From the NCBI GenBank assembly GCA_050873865.1, contig JBNMJQ010000005.1:14625-78624 (forward strand): a DNA stretch of 64,000 bases. Reading direction: 5' to 3'. This DNA is from Agathobacter sp. Its GTDB lineage: Bacteria > Bacillota > Clostridia > Lachnospirales > Lachnospiraceae. This document shows positions 11,503 through 21,717 of this stretch, in pieces. Position numbers and translations under genes: made by a program. Every line of letters begins with the position of its first letter. Position 1 is the stretch's first letter. Below the pieces are notes generated by a model that saw only the letters and a program-made list of their open reading frames with translations, did not search any database and was not told where the DNA came from.

Positions 11503-12795
11503 ATGGAACAGTATGTGATTAAGGGAGGATCTCCTTTATATGGTGAGGTAGTGATCGGCGGTGCAAAAAATGCAGCGCTGGCGATTCTTGCTGCCGCAAT
11601 CATGACCGATGAGACCGTTACAATTGATAATCTGCCGAATGTCCGCGATATTAATGTCCTTTTGCATGCCATTGAGGAGATCGGTGCGCATGTGGAACGT
11701 GTAAATCCACATAAGGTAAAGATCAATGGTTCATTTATTCAGGATGTAACTGTTGACAATGAATTTATCCGCAAGATCCGTGCGTCTTACTATCTGATCG
11801 GCGCGCTGCTTGGCAAATATAAGAGAGCTGAGGTTGCCCTTCCGGGTGGATGTGATATCGGAAGCCGTCCGATTGACCTTCACATGAAAGGATTCCGTGC
11901 GATGGGAGCAACGGTAGACATCAGTCATGGACTTTTTAAGGTGTCAGCAGAACAGTTAAAGGGAACACATATTTATCTGGATAAAGTGTCTGTCGGAGCC
12001 ACAATCAATATCATGATGGCTGCGGCAATGGCTGAAGGCAAAACAGTAATCGAGAACGCTGCAAAAGAACCGCACGTTGTTGATGTTGCCAACTTCTTAA
12101 ACAGCATGGGAGCAAACATCCGCGGCGCAGGTACGGATGTTATCAGGATTGTCGGTGTAGAGAAGCTACATAAGACAGAATACTCCATCATACCGGATCA
12201 GATCGAGGCCGGAACATTTATGTTCGCGGTTGCGGCAACCGGTGGGGATGTTCTTGTAAAGAATGTTATTCCGAAGCATCTTGAAGCAACAACCGCGAAG
12301 CTGATAGAGGTTGGATGCCAGGTGGAAGAATTTGATGATGCTGTCCGTGTCGTTTCAAATGGAAAGCTTCAGCACACACAGGTCACAACCCTTCCGTATC
12401 CGGGATTCCCGACAGATATGCAGCCGCAGATGGCTGTCCTTTTAGGAATTGCATCCGGAACAAGCACGGTAACGGAGAGCATATTTGAGAACCGCTTTAA
12501 GTATGTGGATGAGCTTACCCGCATGGGAGCAGAGATCAAGGTGGAGAGCAACATTGCAATCATAACAGGCGTTCCGAAATATACCGGAGCCCGTGTAAAC
12601 GCCCCGGATCTTCGCGCGGGTGCAGCACTTGTAATTGCAGGTCTGGCAGCAGACGGCATCACAGTGGTGGATGATATCTATTATGTGGAGCGCGGCTATG
12701 AGGCACTCGAGGAGAAGCTGACCAGCCTTGGAGCGAAGATTGAAAAGGTTGACAATGAAAAGGACTTGCAGAAGTTTGTTTTGAAGGTTTCATAA
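11503..12795 (+). CDS. murA: UDP-N-acetylglucosamine 1-carboxyvinyltransferase
   Basis: GAKNAAL, LPGGCDIGSRPIDLH, PYPGFPTDMQ, DLRAGAALV. Confidence 0.97.
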   Translation: MEQYVIKGGSPLYGEVVIGGAKNAALAILAAAIMTDETVTIDNLPNVRDINVLLHAIEEIGAHVERVNPHKVKINGSFIQDVTVDNEFIRKIRASYYLIGALLGKYKRAEVALPGGCDIGSRPIDLHMKGFRAMGATVDISHGLFKVSAEQLKGTHIYLDKVSVGATINIMMAAAMAEGKTVIENAAKEPHVVDVANFLNSMGANIRGAGTDVIRIVGVEKLHKTEYSIIPDQIEAGTFMFAVAATGGDVLVKNVIPKHLEATTAKLIEVGCQVEEFDDAVRVVSNGKLQHTQVTTLPYPGFPTDMQPQMAVLLGIASGTSTVTESIFENRFKYVDELTRMGAEIKVESNIAIITGVPKYTGARVNAPDLRAGAALVIAGLAADGITVVDDIYYVERGYEALEEKLTSLGAKIEKVDNEKDLQKFVLKVS

Positions 12796-12820
12796 CACAG
12801 AAGTGTTTATAAAGAAAAGA

Positions 12821-12857
12821 AAGCAGGAGGCTGATCGATAAGATCAGCCTCCTGCTT
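12821..12857. terminator. Bidirectional terminator between convergent murA and the HD-GYP gene
   Basis: AAGCAGGAGGCTGATC-GATAA-GATCAGCCTCCTGCTT perfect 16-bp inverted repeat. Confidence 0.85.
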
Positions 12858-12876
12858 GTTTGTGTAGAAATTGCTG

Positions 12877-14007
12877 TTATATAATCGCTTTGATATACAG
12901 GTCCCGGTTTGTCGAGAGATCCAGACAGGAATTGTCGTCAAATTGGACGATCGGACGGGACAGGTCATTCTGGTTGAGCATTACGATGTTGCAGCCACGG
13001 CCATCGTTAAGTACAACACGGTTGTTCTGATAGGTTGCCGCAATCTGTTTTAAGAACGTAAGCAGATAGCGGGTGTTGTATTTCTGGTAGCCATCCTTTT
13101 CAAAATTCCCAATTACCTGAAATGCACACAAAGGAGCACGGTAGGAGCGTGCAGCGGTCATCGCGTCATATACATCGGCAATTGCGATAATCATTGCAAA
13201 CGCATCAATGTTATCCTCTGTAAGATGGGATGGATAACCGGAGCCATCGCACCGCTCATGGTGCATAAGAGCAGCCTTCTTGATGCGTGGATCAATGCTT
13301 TGGTATTTCAGTATATCGTATCCGTAGCGCGGATGATTCTTGATCAGTGCGAATTCTTCATCTGTCAGGGAACCGGATTTGTTGAGGATCTCCTCCGGAA
13401 CCTTAACCTTTCCGATGTCATGCAGCAGGCCTGCAAGCGTCAGGATTTTCAGATCGTGCGCGTCCATCTTCAGCCAGCGGCCGATCATTCGTGCGATCAG
13501 GGCAACATTGACACTGTGCGCATAGACAGAATCATTGATGGTGCGGGTATTGTTGAGCATGTCAAAAAGTTCGGTAATGGTATTGCGTGAGCGGAACAGA
13601 TCCGCAACGCAGTCGAGCAGCGCATCCGGCTCAATCTCTTTTCCGTAGTCAACGATGTCGGTAAACACTTTTTTCAATTCTTCCATCGCCATCGCGTACT
13701 GCATCTGGAAGGTGTGGAATGCATCGGAAGAAGCAACCTTCTGTTTGGCTGTCTTGACTTCATTTATGTATGTACGTGGCTTCGGAGGTTCAGGAACCGG
13801 CGCACTGGCAGCAGTATTTGGAACCGGTGCAAAGGTTGTATCCTCCCCCTCGACAACAGCGGAAGCAACACGGTAGAGCTTCATGCGGTTGATAAGCTGT
13901 CTGGTAATTTCAGAACCGGCAGGAGCAAGAACCTGTCCGCTCGGTGTTATTACAGCTTCAAGCAGTTTCATTCCCGGTTGTAGATCATATGGCTGAAGTG
14001 TTCGCAT
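12877..14007 (-). CDS. HD-GYP cyclic-di-GMP phosphodiesterase
   Basis: HSVNVA, LHDIGK, HHERCDGSGYP, ADVYDAMT motifs. ATG 14007 after GGAGGG. Confidence 0.92.
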   Translation of the reverse strand: MRTLQPYDLQPGMKLLEAVITPSGQVLAPAGSEITRQLINRMKLYRVASAVVEGEDTTFAPVPNTAASAPVPEPPKPRTYINEVKTAKQKVASSDAFHTFQMQYAMAMEELKKVFTDIVDYGKEIEPDALLDCVADLFRSRNTITELFDMLNNTRTINDSVYAHSVNVALIARMIGRWLKMDAHDLKILTLAGLLHDIGKVKVPEEILNKSGSLTDEEFALIKNHPRYGYDILKYQSIDPRIKKAALMHHERCDGSGYPSHLTEDNIDAFAMIIAIADVYDAMTAARSYRAPLCAFQVIGNFEKDGYQKYNTRYLLTFLKQIAATYQNNRVVLNDGRGCNIVMLNQNDLSRPIVQFDDNSCLDLSTNRDLYIKAII

Positions 14008-14082
14008 GACAATTCCCTCCCATAACATACTCTAATATTGTAGTATAAAATTTGTGCTTACGAAAGTCAATAAAATTTACCC

Positions 14083-14111
14083 TTGACAAGTTGACCAAAT
14101 GGATGTATTGT
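14083..14111 (+). promoter_or_regulatory. sigma-A promoter of the metK leader
   Basis: TTGACA-N17-TATTGT. Confidence 0.6.
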
Positions 14112-14146
14112 ATGACCGAGATTTGAAAATTCTATATTGTATTTTT

Positions 14147-14247
14147 CTCTTATTCAGAGTGGTGGAGATACATAGGATCTATGAAGCCACGGCAACCCCG
14201 CATTTGCAGGAAGGTGCCTACCTGAGCGAGCAATCGAACAATAAGAG
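14147..14247 (+). ncRNA. SAM-I (S-box) riboswitch
   Basis: P1 CTCTTATT/AATAAGAG, core CAGAGTGGTGGAG...ATGAAGCCACGGCAACC...GGTGCC, directly upstream of metK. Confidence 0.88.
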
Positions 14248-14269
14248 GATTTGATTATCTTGGTATTTG

Positions 14270-14299
14270 AATCCGCTTATTTGATAAGCGGATTTTTTT
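14270..14299 (+). terminator. Riboswitch expression-platform terminator
   Basis: AATCCGCTTAT-TTG-ATAAGCGGATT followed by a T run. Confidence 0.8.
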
Positions 14300-14381
14300 A
14301 ATGGGATTTTTCCCGAAGATGCGTGAGATATCTCCATATTCCACGCAGATCGACAATTTTATTGAGAGGAGCACAAAAGAA

Positions 14382-15563
14382 ATGGAGAAACGTTTATTTA
14401 CATCTGAGTCCGTAACAGAAGGACATCCGGACAAAATGTGTGATGCAATATCTGATGCAATCCTTGACGCATGCATGGAGCAGGATCCTATGAGCCGTGT
14501 TGCATGTGAGACAGCAAGCTGCACAGGCTTTGTACTTGTAACAGGAGAGATTACCACGAAGGCACAATTGGATATCCCATCTATTGTCCGCAAGACCGTA
14601 CTTGAGATCGGCTATGACGATGGCAAGAAAGGAATTGACGGCAATTCCTGTGCTGTTATGGTTGCGCTTGACCAGCAGTCCGCGGATATCGCCATGGGCG
14701 TTGACAAGGCACTTGAGGCAAAAGAGGGCGAGCTGACCGATGACCTTGACACAGGAGCCGGAGATCAGGGTATGATGTTTGGTTATGCGACCAACGAGAC
14801 ACCGGAGCTTATGCCGTATCCGATCGAACTTGCACACAAGCTTGCACTCCAGCTTACCAAGGTGCGCAAGGATGGCACATTGACTTACCTTCGTCCGGAT
14901 GGCAAGACCCAGGTATCTGTTGAGTATGATGAGGCAGGAAAGCCGACCAGATTAGAGGCAGTTGTCCTTTCTACACAGCATGATGATGATGTAACCCAGG
15001 AGCAGATCCACGCGGATATCAAGAAATATGTATTTGATCCAATCCTTCCGAAGGAGCTGATCGATGCAGACACGAAGTTCTTCATCAACCCGACCGGACG
15101 CTTTGTTATCGGTGGACCACATGGTGATGCAGGACTTACCGGACGTAAGATCATTGTAGATACCTATGGTGGATATGCACGCCACGGCGGCGGTGCATTC
15201 TCCGGAAAAGACTGCACGAAGGTTGACCGTTCCGCTGCATATGCAGCCCGTTACGTTGCAAAGAATATCGTTGCAGCAGGCCTTGCAGAGCGTTGCGAGA
15301 TCCAGCTGTCCTATGCAATCGGTGTTGCACAGCCGACCTCTGTTATGGTTGACACCTTCGGCACCGGAAAACTATCCGATGAGAAGTTAGTTGAGATTGT
15401 CCGCAACAACTTTGATCTGCGCCCGGCAGGAATCATTAAGATGCTTGATCTGCGCCGACCGATTTACCGGGGAACCGCTGCATACGGGCATTTCGGACGT
15501 ACTGATCTTAACCTTCCTTGGGAGGCAACAGATAAGGCAGAGACATTGAAGAAGTATCTTTAA
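14382..15563 (+). CDS. metK: S-adenosylmethionine synthetase
   Basis: [28 protein letters not shown]. Confidence 0.98.
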   Translation: MEKRLFTSESVTEGHPDKMCDAISDAILDACMEQDPMSRVACETASCTGFVLVTGEITTKAQLDIPSIVRKTVLEIGYDDGKKGIDGNSCAVMVALDQQSADIAMGVDKALEAKEGELTDDLDTGAGDQGMMFGYATNETPELMPYPIELAHKLALQLTKVRKDGTLTYLRPDGKTQVSVEYDEAGKPTRLEAVVLSTQHDDDVTQEQIHADIKKYVFDPILPKELIDADTKFFINPTGRFVIGGPHGDAGLTGRKIIVDTYGGYARHGGGAFSGKDCTKVDRSAAYAARYVAKNIVAAGLAERCEIQLSYAIGVAQPTSVMVDTFGTGKLSDEKLVEIVRNNFDLRPAGIIKMLDLRRPIYRGTAAYGHFGRTDLNLPWEATDKAETLKKYL

Positions 15564-15599
15564 TTTATGCTTTTTTAACAAAAAATTAACGAAGTACTT

Positions 15600-15664
15600 T
15601 TGCTTTGCATAGAAGCACATGCTATAATGTACGCATACATATTGGGTGTATGCGTACATTTTTT
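15600..15664 (+). terminator. metK terminator overlapping the sigma-A promoter of the kinase gene
   Basis: TTGCTT-N17-TATAAT (-10 at 15623-15628). 13-bp stem AATGTACGCATAC/GTATGCGTACATT followed by TTTT. Confidence 0.65.
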
Positions 15665-15683
15665 GTTATGGAGAATTACACAT

Positions 15684-17189
15684 ATGAAAATGAAAAATAA
15701 ACTTATCATTTCTTTTTTTATTGTAATCTTTATACCGATTATCCTGTCGATTGTGGCACTTTCGGTATTCCAGAAGCTGCAGACAAGAACAATCGAGCAG
15801 GCATACGGCATACGTGATGCGGAGGGATATTCGCTGACCAGCTCCGTACAGCTTTTAAACCGGATGACAGAGGAAGAGTATGACCAGCTGTTTTCTGACA
15901 GTGTGGAAAGGCCAACAGTACTTGAAGATGAACATTATCTGTCCACTGTCAATGAGGGACTGCAGGATGCAAATTCCTACCTGGTCGTAAAGAAAAAGAA
16001 CCAGGTTTTGTTCAACGGAGGGCAGGACAATGCGGACCTGATCGAAACACTTCCAGAGTGCAAAGGAGTTTCGGAAAATGACCGGGCCTCGAACTATGTG
16101 GACGGGGATCGTGAAGTTCTTGTCAAGCAGATTGATTTTTTCTTTGACGATCAGACGCCCGGAACGATCTATATTGTTACCGGAATTGAGGAGATGGTGC
16201 CGGAACTGCGCCATTTCTTCCTCAAAATTGTGATCTCGATCATTGTGATCCTTGTATTTACAGCCTTTTTGATGATCGGATGGATATACAGCAGCCTTGT
16301 CACCCCACTTAAGAAGCTGCAGGTTGCAGCAGAGAATATCAAGAATGGCAATCTGGATTTTAACGTGGATGTAGGTGGCGATGATGAGATTGGACAATTG
16401 GGGGTCGCGTTTGAAGAGATGAGGCTCCGCTTAAAGGACAATGCAGAGGAGAAGATCTCGGACGAGAAAGAAAACCGCGCACTCATCAGCAATATCGCCC
16501 ATGACCTGAAAACACCGATCACCGCAGTCAAAGGATATGCGGAGGGAATCATCGATGGTGTGGCAAACACGCCGGAGAAGGTGGATAAGTATGTGCGGAC
16601 CATCTACAACAAGGCGAACGAGATGGATACGCTGATCAATGAGCTGACGCTCTACTCTAAGATTGATGCGAACCGTATTCCGTATAACTTTGCCAAGATC
16701 AATGTCAGCGAATACTTCCAGGACTGTGTTGAAGAGATCGGACTCGATCTCGAGGCAAAAGGAATCGGGCTTGCATATTACAATTATGTGGATCCGGATG
16801 TGATGATCATTGCCGATCCGGAACAGCTCCGCCGTGTGATCAATAATATTATCAGCAATTCTGTCAAATATATGGACAAGAAGAATGGATTTATCAATAT
16901 CCGCATCAAGGATGTCGGAGACTTCATCCAGGTGGAGCTGGAGGATAATGGCCGGGGCATTGCACAGCGTGATCTCCCATATATATTTGACCGGTTTTTC
17001 CGTGCGGATGCATCCCGCAATTCGGCAACGGGCGGAAGCGGCATCGGGCTGTCCATCGTAAAGAAGATCATCGACGACCACGGTGGAAAGATATGGGCGA
17101 CAAGCAAAGAGGACAATGGAACGACAATGTACTTTGTAATCCGTAAATACGAGGAGGTTTATAGCAATGAGCAGAATATTGATTGTTGA
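15684..17189 (+). CDS. HAMP-domain sensor histidine kinase
   Basis: Two TM segments, H-box NIAHDLKTPIT, N-box NIISNSVKY, DNGRGI, GSGIGLSIVK. Confidence 0.95.
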   Translation: MKMKNKLIISFFIVIFIPIILSIVALSVFQKLQTRTIEQAYGIRDAEGYSLTSSVQLLNRMTEEEYDQLFSDSVERPTVLEDEHYLSTVNEGLQDANSYLVVKKKNQVLFNGGQDNADLIETLPECKGVSENDRASNYVDGDREVLVKQIDFFFDDQTPGTIYIVTGIEEMVPELRHFFLKIVISIIVILVFTAFLMIGWIYSSLVTPLKKLQVAAENIKNGNLDFNVDVGGDDEIGQLGVAFEEMRLRLKDNAEEKISDEKENRALISNIAHDLKTPITAVKGYAEGIIDGVANTPEKVDKYVRTIYNKANEMDTLINELTLYSKIDANRIPYNFAKINVSEYFQDCVEEIGLDLEAKGIGLAYYNYVDPDVMIIADPEQLRRVINNIISNSVKYMDKKNGFINIRIKDVGDFIQVELEDNGRGIAQRDLPYIFDRFFRADASRNSATGGSGIGLSIVKKIIDDHGGKIWATSKEDNGTTMYFVIRKYEEVYSNEQNIDC

Positions 17190-17856
17190 AGATGAGGTAG
17201 ATATCGCAAATCTTGAGAAGGACTATCTGGAGCTGAGCGGCTTTGAGGTCCAGATTGAAAACGACGGGACTTCCGGGCTGGCAAGAGCGCTCGCGGAGGA
17301 CTTTGATCTGTTTATTTTGGATCTTATGCTTCCGGGAATCGACGGCTTTGAGATCTGCAAGGAGATCAGGGAGAAGAAAAATATGCCGATTCTTATGGTT
17401 TCAGCGAAGAAGGATGATATCGATAAGATCCGCGGTCTTGGATTAGGTGCAGACGATTATATCACCAAACCATTTTCTCCGAGCGAGCTTGTTGCCCGCG
17501 TCAAAGCACATCTGGCACGTTATGAACGCCTGATCGGAAGCAATACCGTGGAGAATGACATCGTTGAAATCCGCGGTATCCGAATTGATAAGACCGCACG
17601 CCGCGTCTGGGTCAATGGGGAGGAGAAGCAGTTTACCACCAAGGAATTTGACCTTCTGGTATTTCTGGCAGAAAATCCAAACCATGTATTTACCAAGGAA
17701 GAACTGTTCCAGCGCGTCTGGGATATGGAATCCATCGGCGATATTGCAACTGTCACCGTACACATCAAAAAGATCCGTGAGAAGATAGAACTAAACACCG
17801 CAAAACCACAGTATATTGAAACAATCTGGGGGGTTGGATACCGGTTTAAGTTGTAG
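17167..17856 (+). CDS. OmpR-family response regulator
   Basis: ILIVEDE, LDLMLP, GADDYITKPF, ETIWGVGYRF. Confidence 0.96.
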   Translation: MSRILIVEDEVDIANLEKDYLELSGFEVQIENDGTSGLARALAEDFDLFILDLMLPGIDGFEICKEIREKKNMPILMVSAKKDDIDKIRGLGLGADDYITKPFSPSELVARVKAHLARYERLIGSNTVENDIVEIRGIRIDKTARRVWVNGEEKQFTTKEFDLLVFLAENPNHVFTKEELFQRVWDMESIGDIATVTVHIKKIREKIELNTAKPQYIETIWGVGYRFKL

Positions 17857-17992
17857 GGACGTTCCTTTTGGCACAAGGAGCGCCCATTGGCTTAAAAATA
17901 TAGTTTTTTGCTTTTTCTCTTTACCATACTGATGCACATATGCTACACTTAAAAAAGCTGTAGGATTTGCTTGATCACGAAGGAGAAAAAGG

Positions 17993-19948
17993 ATGGGAAG
18001 AACAATCAAAGGGAAGGTAACGATACAGACGATCGTGTATCTGCTTGTAGCGCTTGCGGTCTGTGAAATCGTAAGTGTTGTTACTTTAAATCGCAACATG
18101 ACCTCACAGAGCCAGATGTATATCCGGGCCGAGGCACAAAACAATGCAGCAGTTGTAAATGAGTGGCTTCTTGAGCAGGGAAACATCATGCATACCATCA
18201 CAGATGCTATCGCATTTATGAACACGAAGGATACCGACCAGATCATGGATTATCTGGAGCAGAATCTCAGCGAGAATAAGGACGCTCTGATGTACTATCT
18301 GTGCTTTGGCTATGATGGAGGAGTATTCCCGGCAGATCATTCCACGCTCGACCTAGATCCAACGACAAGAGATTGGTGGAAGCAGGCAATTGCAAAGAAT
18401 GGTCTGATCTATATAGCTCCTTATAAGGATTTTGCGAGCGACAACATGGTTGTAACGATTGCGGAACCGCTTCAGCTGCAGGGTGAGCAGGCAGTATTTC
18501 TTGCGGATATTACGCTGGATACGCTGACCGAGCAGGTAAAAAAAGTCAGCTCAGATGCCAATCTGCAGGGCTTTCTGCTTGATGCGGATGGCAATGTAGT
18601 GTCTCATCCGAATGAAGATTTTCTGCCGAAGGAGGAAGGAAATACAGTCCTCTCGGATGCACTCGGTGTGGAGGTGCGTCAGGCAGCACAGATGAGGGAC
18701 TATGACGGCAGGGCAAAGTTTGTAAGTACGGCAGACATTGAGGCGACCGGCTGGGTATTTGGAGTTACTGAGGATCAATCTGTCGTGACTGCGCAGGTTA
18801 TGAAGAACATCATTGTTGTTGTACTCCTCGGCATTATCATGATTCTAGCGGTAGCATTGCTTACGGTACTCAGCGTAAAGCGTAGCCTTTTACCGATGGA
18901 GAACATGAAGAAATTCATTAAGGAAAAGGTAATCGGAAGTGCTAATTGCAGGAAACAGAAGAACGAGACTGCAGAGATCCAATATCTGATAGATGAAATG
19001 GAAGACAAGTTTATCGGGGTAATACGGCAGACAAAAGCGGAGTCGGGTAATATCCATCAGCGGATGCAGGGAACCAATGACAAGGTTGTATCTATCAGCG
19101 AGAATATTATGGAGATTGGCGCTGCAATGCAGGAGACCGGTGCGAACATCGATTCGCAGACGGCCAATATTGAGAAAATCGATGAAACCTGCAAACAGGC
19201 AACGCAGGATATCAGCAAGCTGTCAGATGATGCACAGGAGATGGCGGCTAATGCAAAAGAGGTTGTACTCCGGGTTGAACGGGTTACGCGTGAACTGTTG
19301 GAGGGAAAGAACAATGCAATCCATATGGCGGCTGACAGCAAGGAACGGATGAAGAACGCCATGGAAAGCGCAAAGGTTATTTCAGAAATAACAAGTGTTT
19401 CCGCTGCAATACAGGAAATCGCAACACAGACCAATCTGCTTGCTTTGAATGCGTCAATTGAAGCAGCCAGAGCAGGGGAAGCCGGCAAAGGCTTTGCAGT
19501 GGTGGCGGATGAGATTAAGAAGCTGAGCGAGGACACCAATGCAGAGATCAATAAAGTAAATGCACTTACCGCAAAAGTTACGGAGAGTGTGCAGGCTCTT
19601 TCCTCAGAGGGGGATGGGGTACTCGCATTTATAAATGGCACGGTCATGCAGGACTACGACAAGCTGGAGGTTCTGGCGAACGACTATAAGAAAGATGCCG
19701 GGTACTATAATCAGGTCAGTGAAAGCCTTGGAATCAGTGCAAAAAATGTAAGTGATTCTGTCAACTATATAAATGAGATGATTGACTCTATCAGCAGTGC
19801 ACAGAAGGAATTGTCAGATGCGGCGGCGAGTGTCAATTCGAACCTGCAGCAGATTACCTACTCAAGTGAAAACATGTCGAAAGAGACGGAAGAAGTTCTT
19901 GAGAGTGTTGGAGCTTTGCAGGAGACGATGCAGAACTTTGAGGTATAA
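17993..19948 (+). CDS. Methyl-accepting chemotaxis protein with Cache-type sensor
   Basis: RDWWKQA Cache motif, [34 protein letters not shown]. Confidence 0.95.
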   Translation: MGRTIKGKVTIQTIVYLLVALAVCEIVSVVTLNRNMTSQSQMYIRAEAQNNAAVVNEWLLEQGNIMHTITDAIAFMNTKDTDQIMDYLEQNLSENKDALMYYLCFGYDGGVFPADHSTLDLDPTTRDWWKQAIAKNGLIYIAPYKDFASDNMVVTIAEPLQLQGEQAVFLADITLDTLTEQVKKVSSDANLQGFLLDADGNVVSHPNEDFLPKEEGNTVLSDALGVEVRQAAQMRDYDGRAKFVSTADIEATGWVFGVTEDQSVVTAQVMKNIIVVVLLGIIMILAVALLTVLSVKRSLLPMENMKKFIKEKVIGSANCRKQKNETAEIQYLIDEMEDKFIGVIRQTKAESGNIHQRMQGTNDKVVSISENIMEIGAAMQETGANIDSQTANIEKIDETCKQATQDISKLSDDAQEMAANAKEVVLRVERVTRELLEGKNNAIHMAADSKERMKNAMESAKVISEITSVSAAIQEIATQTNLLALNASIEAARAGEAGKGFAVVADEIKKLSEDTNAEINKVNALTAKVTESVQALSSEGDGVLAFINGTVMQDYDKLEVLANDYKKDAGYYNQVSESLGISAKNVSDSVNYINEMIDSISSAQKELSDAAASVNSNLQQITYSSENMSKETEEVLESVGALQETMQNFEV

Positions 19949-20007
19949 AAGCGGGGGCGTTCCTATTCATGGGGAGCGCCCTTTTATCTTTGACAGGAGT
20001 AGAAACA

Positions 20008-20679
20008 ATGGAAATCATATATGAGGATCAGGCAGTAATTGTCTGTTACAAGCCGGCAGGAACCGCGACACAGACAAAACGGCTGGGACAACAGGATATG
20101 GAGAGCCTGCTTAAGAACTACCGGGCATCGAAGCGGGAGAGTCCGTACATCGGCGTGATCCACAGGCTTGACCAGCCGGTAGAGGGAATTATGGTGTTTG
20201 CAAAGACACCTCAGGCTGCGGCGAAGCTGTCCGCGCAGGTGCAGGAGCGCAGCATAGGTAAGTTTTATTACGCGGTTGCACAGGCGTTTCCAGACGGAAA
20301 AGAGGAAGGTGTCCTCACGGATTATCTTCTCGCAGATAAGAAGAACAATAGCACCCGTGTGGTGCCACAAAAGACACCGCAGGCACAACGGGCAGAGCTT
20401 GCGTACCGGATCGTGGCTGCTGCCGGGAATGAGGCAGGGACGGTCACCGGATACGTCAAATACGATATCCACCTTCACACCGGACGTCATCATCAGATCC
20501 GTGTCCAGTTTGCCAGCCGGGGATGCCCGCTGCTTGGCGATCAGCGCTATGGAACAAAGACAGAAGGAACAGCATTGGCGCTGTGCGCCTACCGGGTAGC
20601 CTTTACACATCCGGATACCGGGAGAAAGATGGATTTTTCCATAACGCCGAAGAATCCGGCATTTGCAGAATTTGAATGA
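20008..20679 (+). CDS. RluA-family pseudouridine synthase
   Basis: YKPAG, HRLDQPVEG, TGRHHQIRVQ, PLLGDQRYG. Confidence 0.93.
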   Translation: MEIIYEDQAVIVCYKPAGTATQTKRLGQQDMESLLKNYRASKRESPYIGVIHRLDQPVEGIMVFAKTPQAAAKLSAQVQERSIGKFYYAVAQAFPDGKEEGVLTDYLLADKKNNSTRVVPQKTPQAQRAELAYRIVAAAGNEAGTVTGYVKYDIHLHTGRHHQIRVQFASRGCPLLGDQRYGTKTEGTALALCAYRVAFTHPDTGRKMDFSITPKNPAFAEFE

Positions 20680-20733
20680 TTTGAAGAATCAAAACGTGCA
20701 TAATGAACAAGAATAGTAGTGGAGGATGAATTT

Positions 20734-21591
20734 ATGTCTAAGATTGGTTTGGTATTGGAGGGTGGCGGCATGAAGTGCGCATATAGTGCAGGCGTGCTGG
20801 ACCGCTTTCTGGAAGATGGAATACAATTCGATTATCTGATCGGCGTATCGGCGGGAAGCGCAAACGGCGTTTCGTATCTTGCCGGGCAAAAAGGAAGAAA
20901 TAAGCGCTTTTACACCGAACATCTCAATGACAAGGATTATATGGGACTCCGGTGCTTCCGCAAGACAGGGAATATTTTCGGGCTGGATTATATCTATTCT
21001 ACTTTGACAAACTCAGATGGTGCAGACCCGCTCGACTATGACAGATTGATGGAGAATCCTACCGAGTATGAGTTGGTTGCGACAAACGCGCTGACGGGAA
21101 AGGCAACCTTCTTTTCCAAGGAAAATTTCGTAAGGGATGACTATAAGGAGATCAAGGCAAGCTGCGCAATTCCGGCGGTCTGCAAGCCGGTAGTCATTGA
21201 TGGAATCCCATATTACGATGGAGGAATCGCGGATTCCTTGCCACTTGCGCGCGCGTTTGAGCGTGGCTGTGATAAGCTGGTCGTTATCACCTCAAAAGCA
21301 CGTTCCTATCAGCGCACACCGCAGAAATATCGTTGGTTTTACTCAAGAAGATGCAAGAAATATCCAAAGATCATTCAGCTGATGGATAACCATCATATCG
21401 CTTACATGGAGGAATTCCGGCAGATGTTTGAGCTGGAGGAGCAGGGCAGGGTGCTTGTGATCGCTCCGTCCAAGCCGCTCGATATATCTACATTTACAAA
21501 GGATGCTGCTAAAAACCAGGAGATTTACGATCTGGGCTGTTCGGACTATGACAGTCTGAAGCAGAGACTGAATACATTTATGGAAAGATGA
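20734..21591 (+). CDS. Patatin-like phospholipase
   Basis: LVLEGGGMK, GVSAG, DGG motifs. Confidence 0.92.
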   Translation: MSKIGLVLEGGGMKCAYSAGVLDRFLEDGIQFDYLIGVSAGSANGVSYLAGQKGRNKRFYTEHLNDKDYMGLRCFRKTGNIFGLDYIYSTLTNSDGADPLDYDRLMENPTEYELVATNALTGKATFFSKENFVRDDYKEIKASCAIPAVCKPVVIDGIPYYDGGIADSLPLARAFERGCDKLVVITSKARSYQRTPQKYRWFYSRRCKKYPKIIQLMDNHHIAYMEEFRQMFELEEQGRVLVIAPSKPLDISTFTKDAAKNQEIYDLGCSDYDSLKQRLNTFMER

Positions 21592-21717
21592 AACGCAGCC
21601 GGGCCGCGGTTGCTTCCTTGACAATATAGGTCTTATGGCATAATATTATTGTATATTTGTGCTTTGCAAAAGCCAATCTATACAGATTGTCAAAGACAGG
21701 GGTTATTGGGGGAAGTC

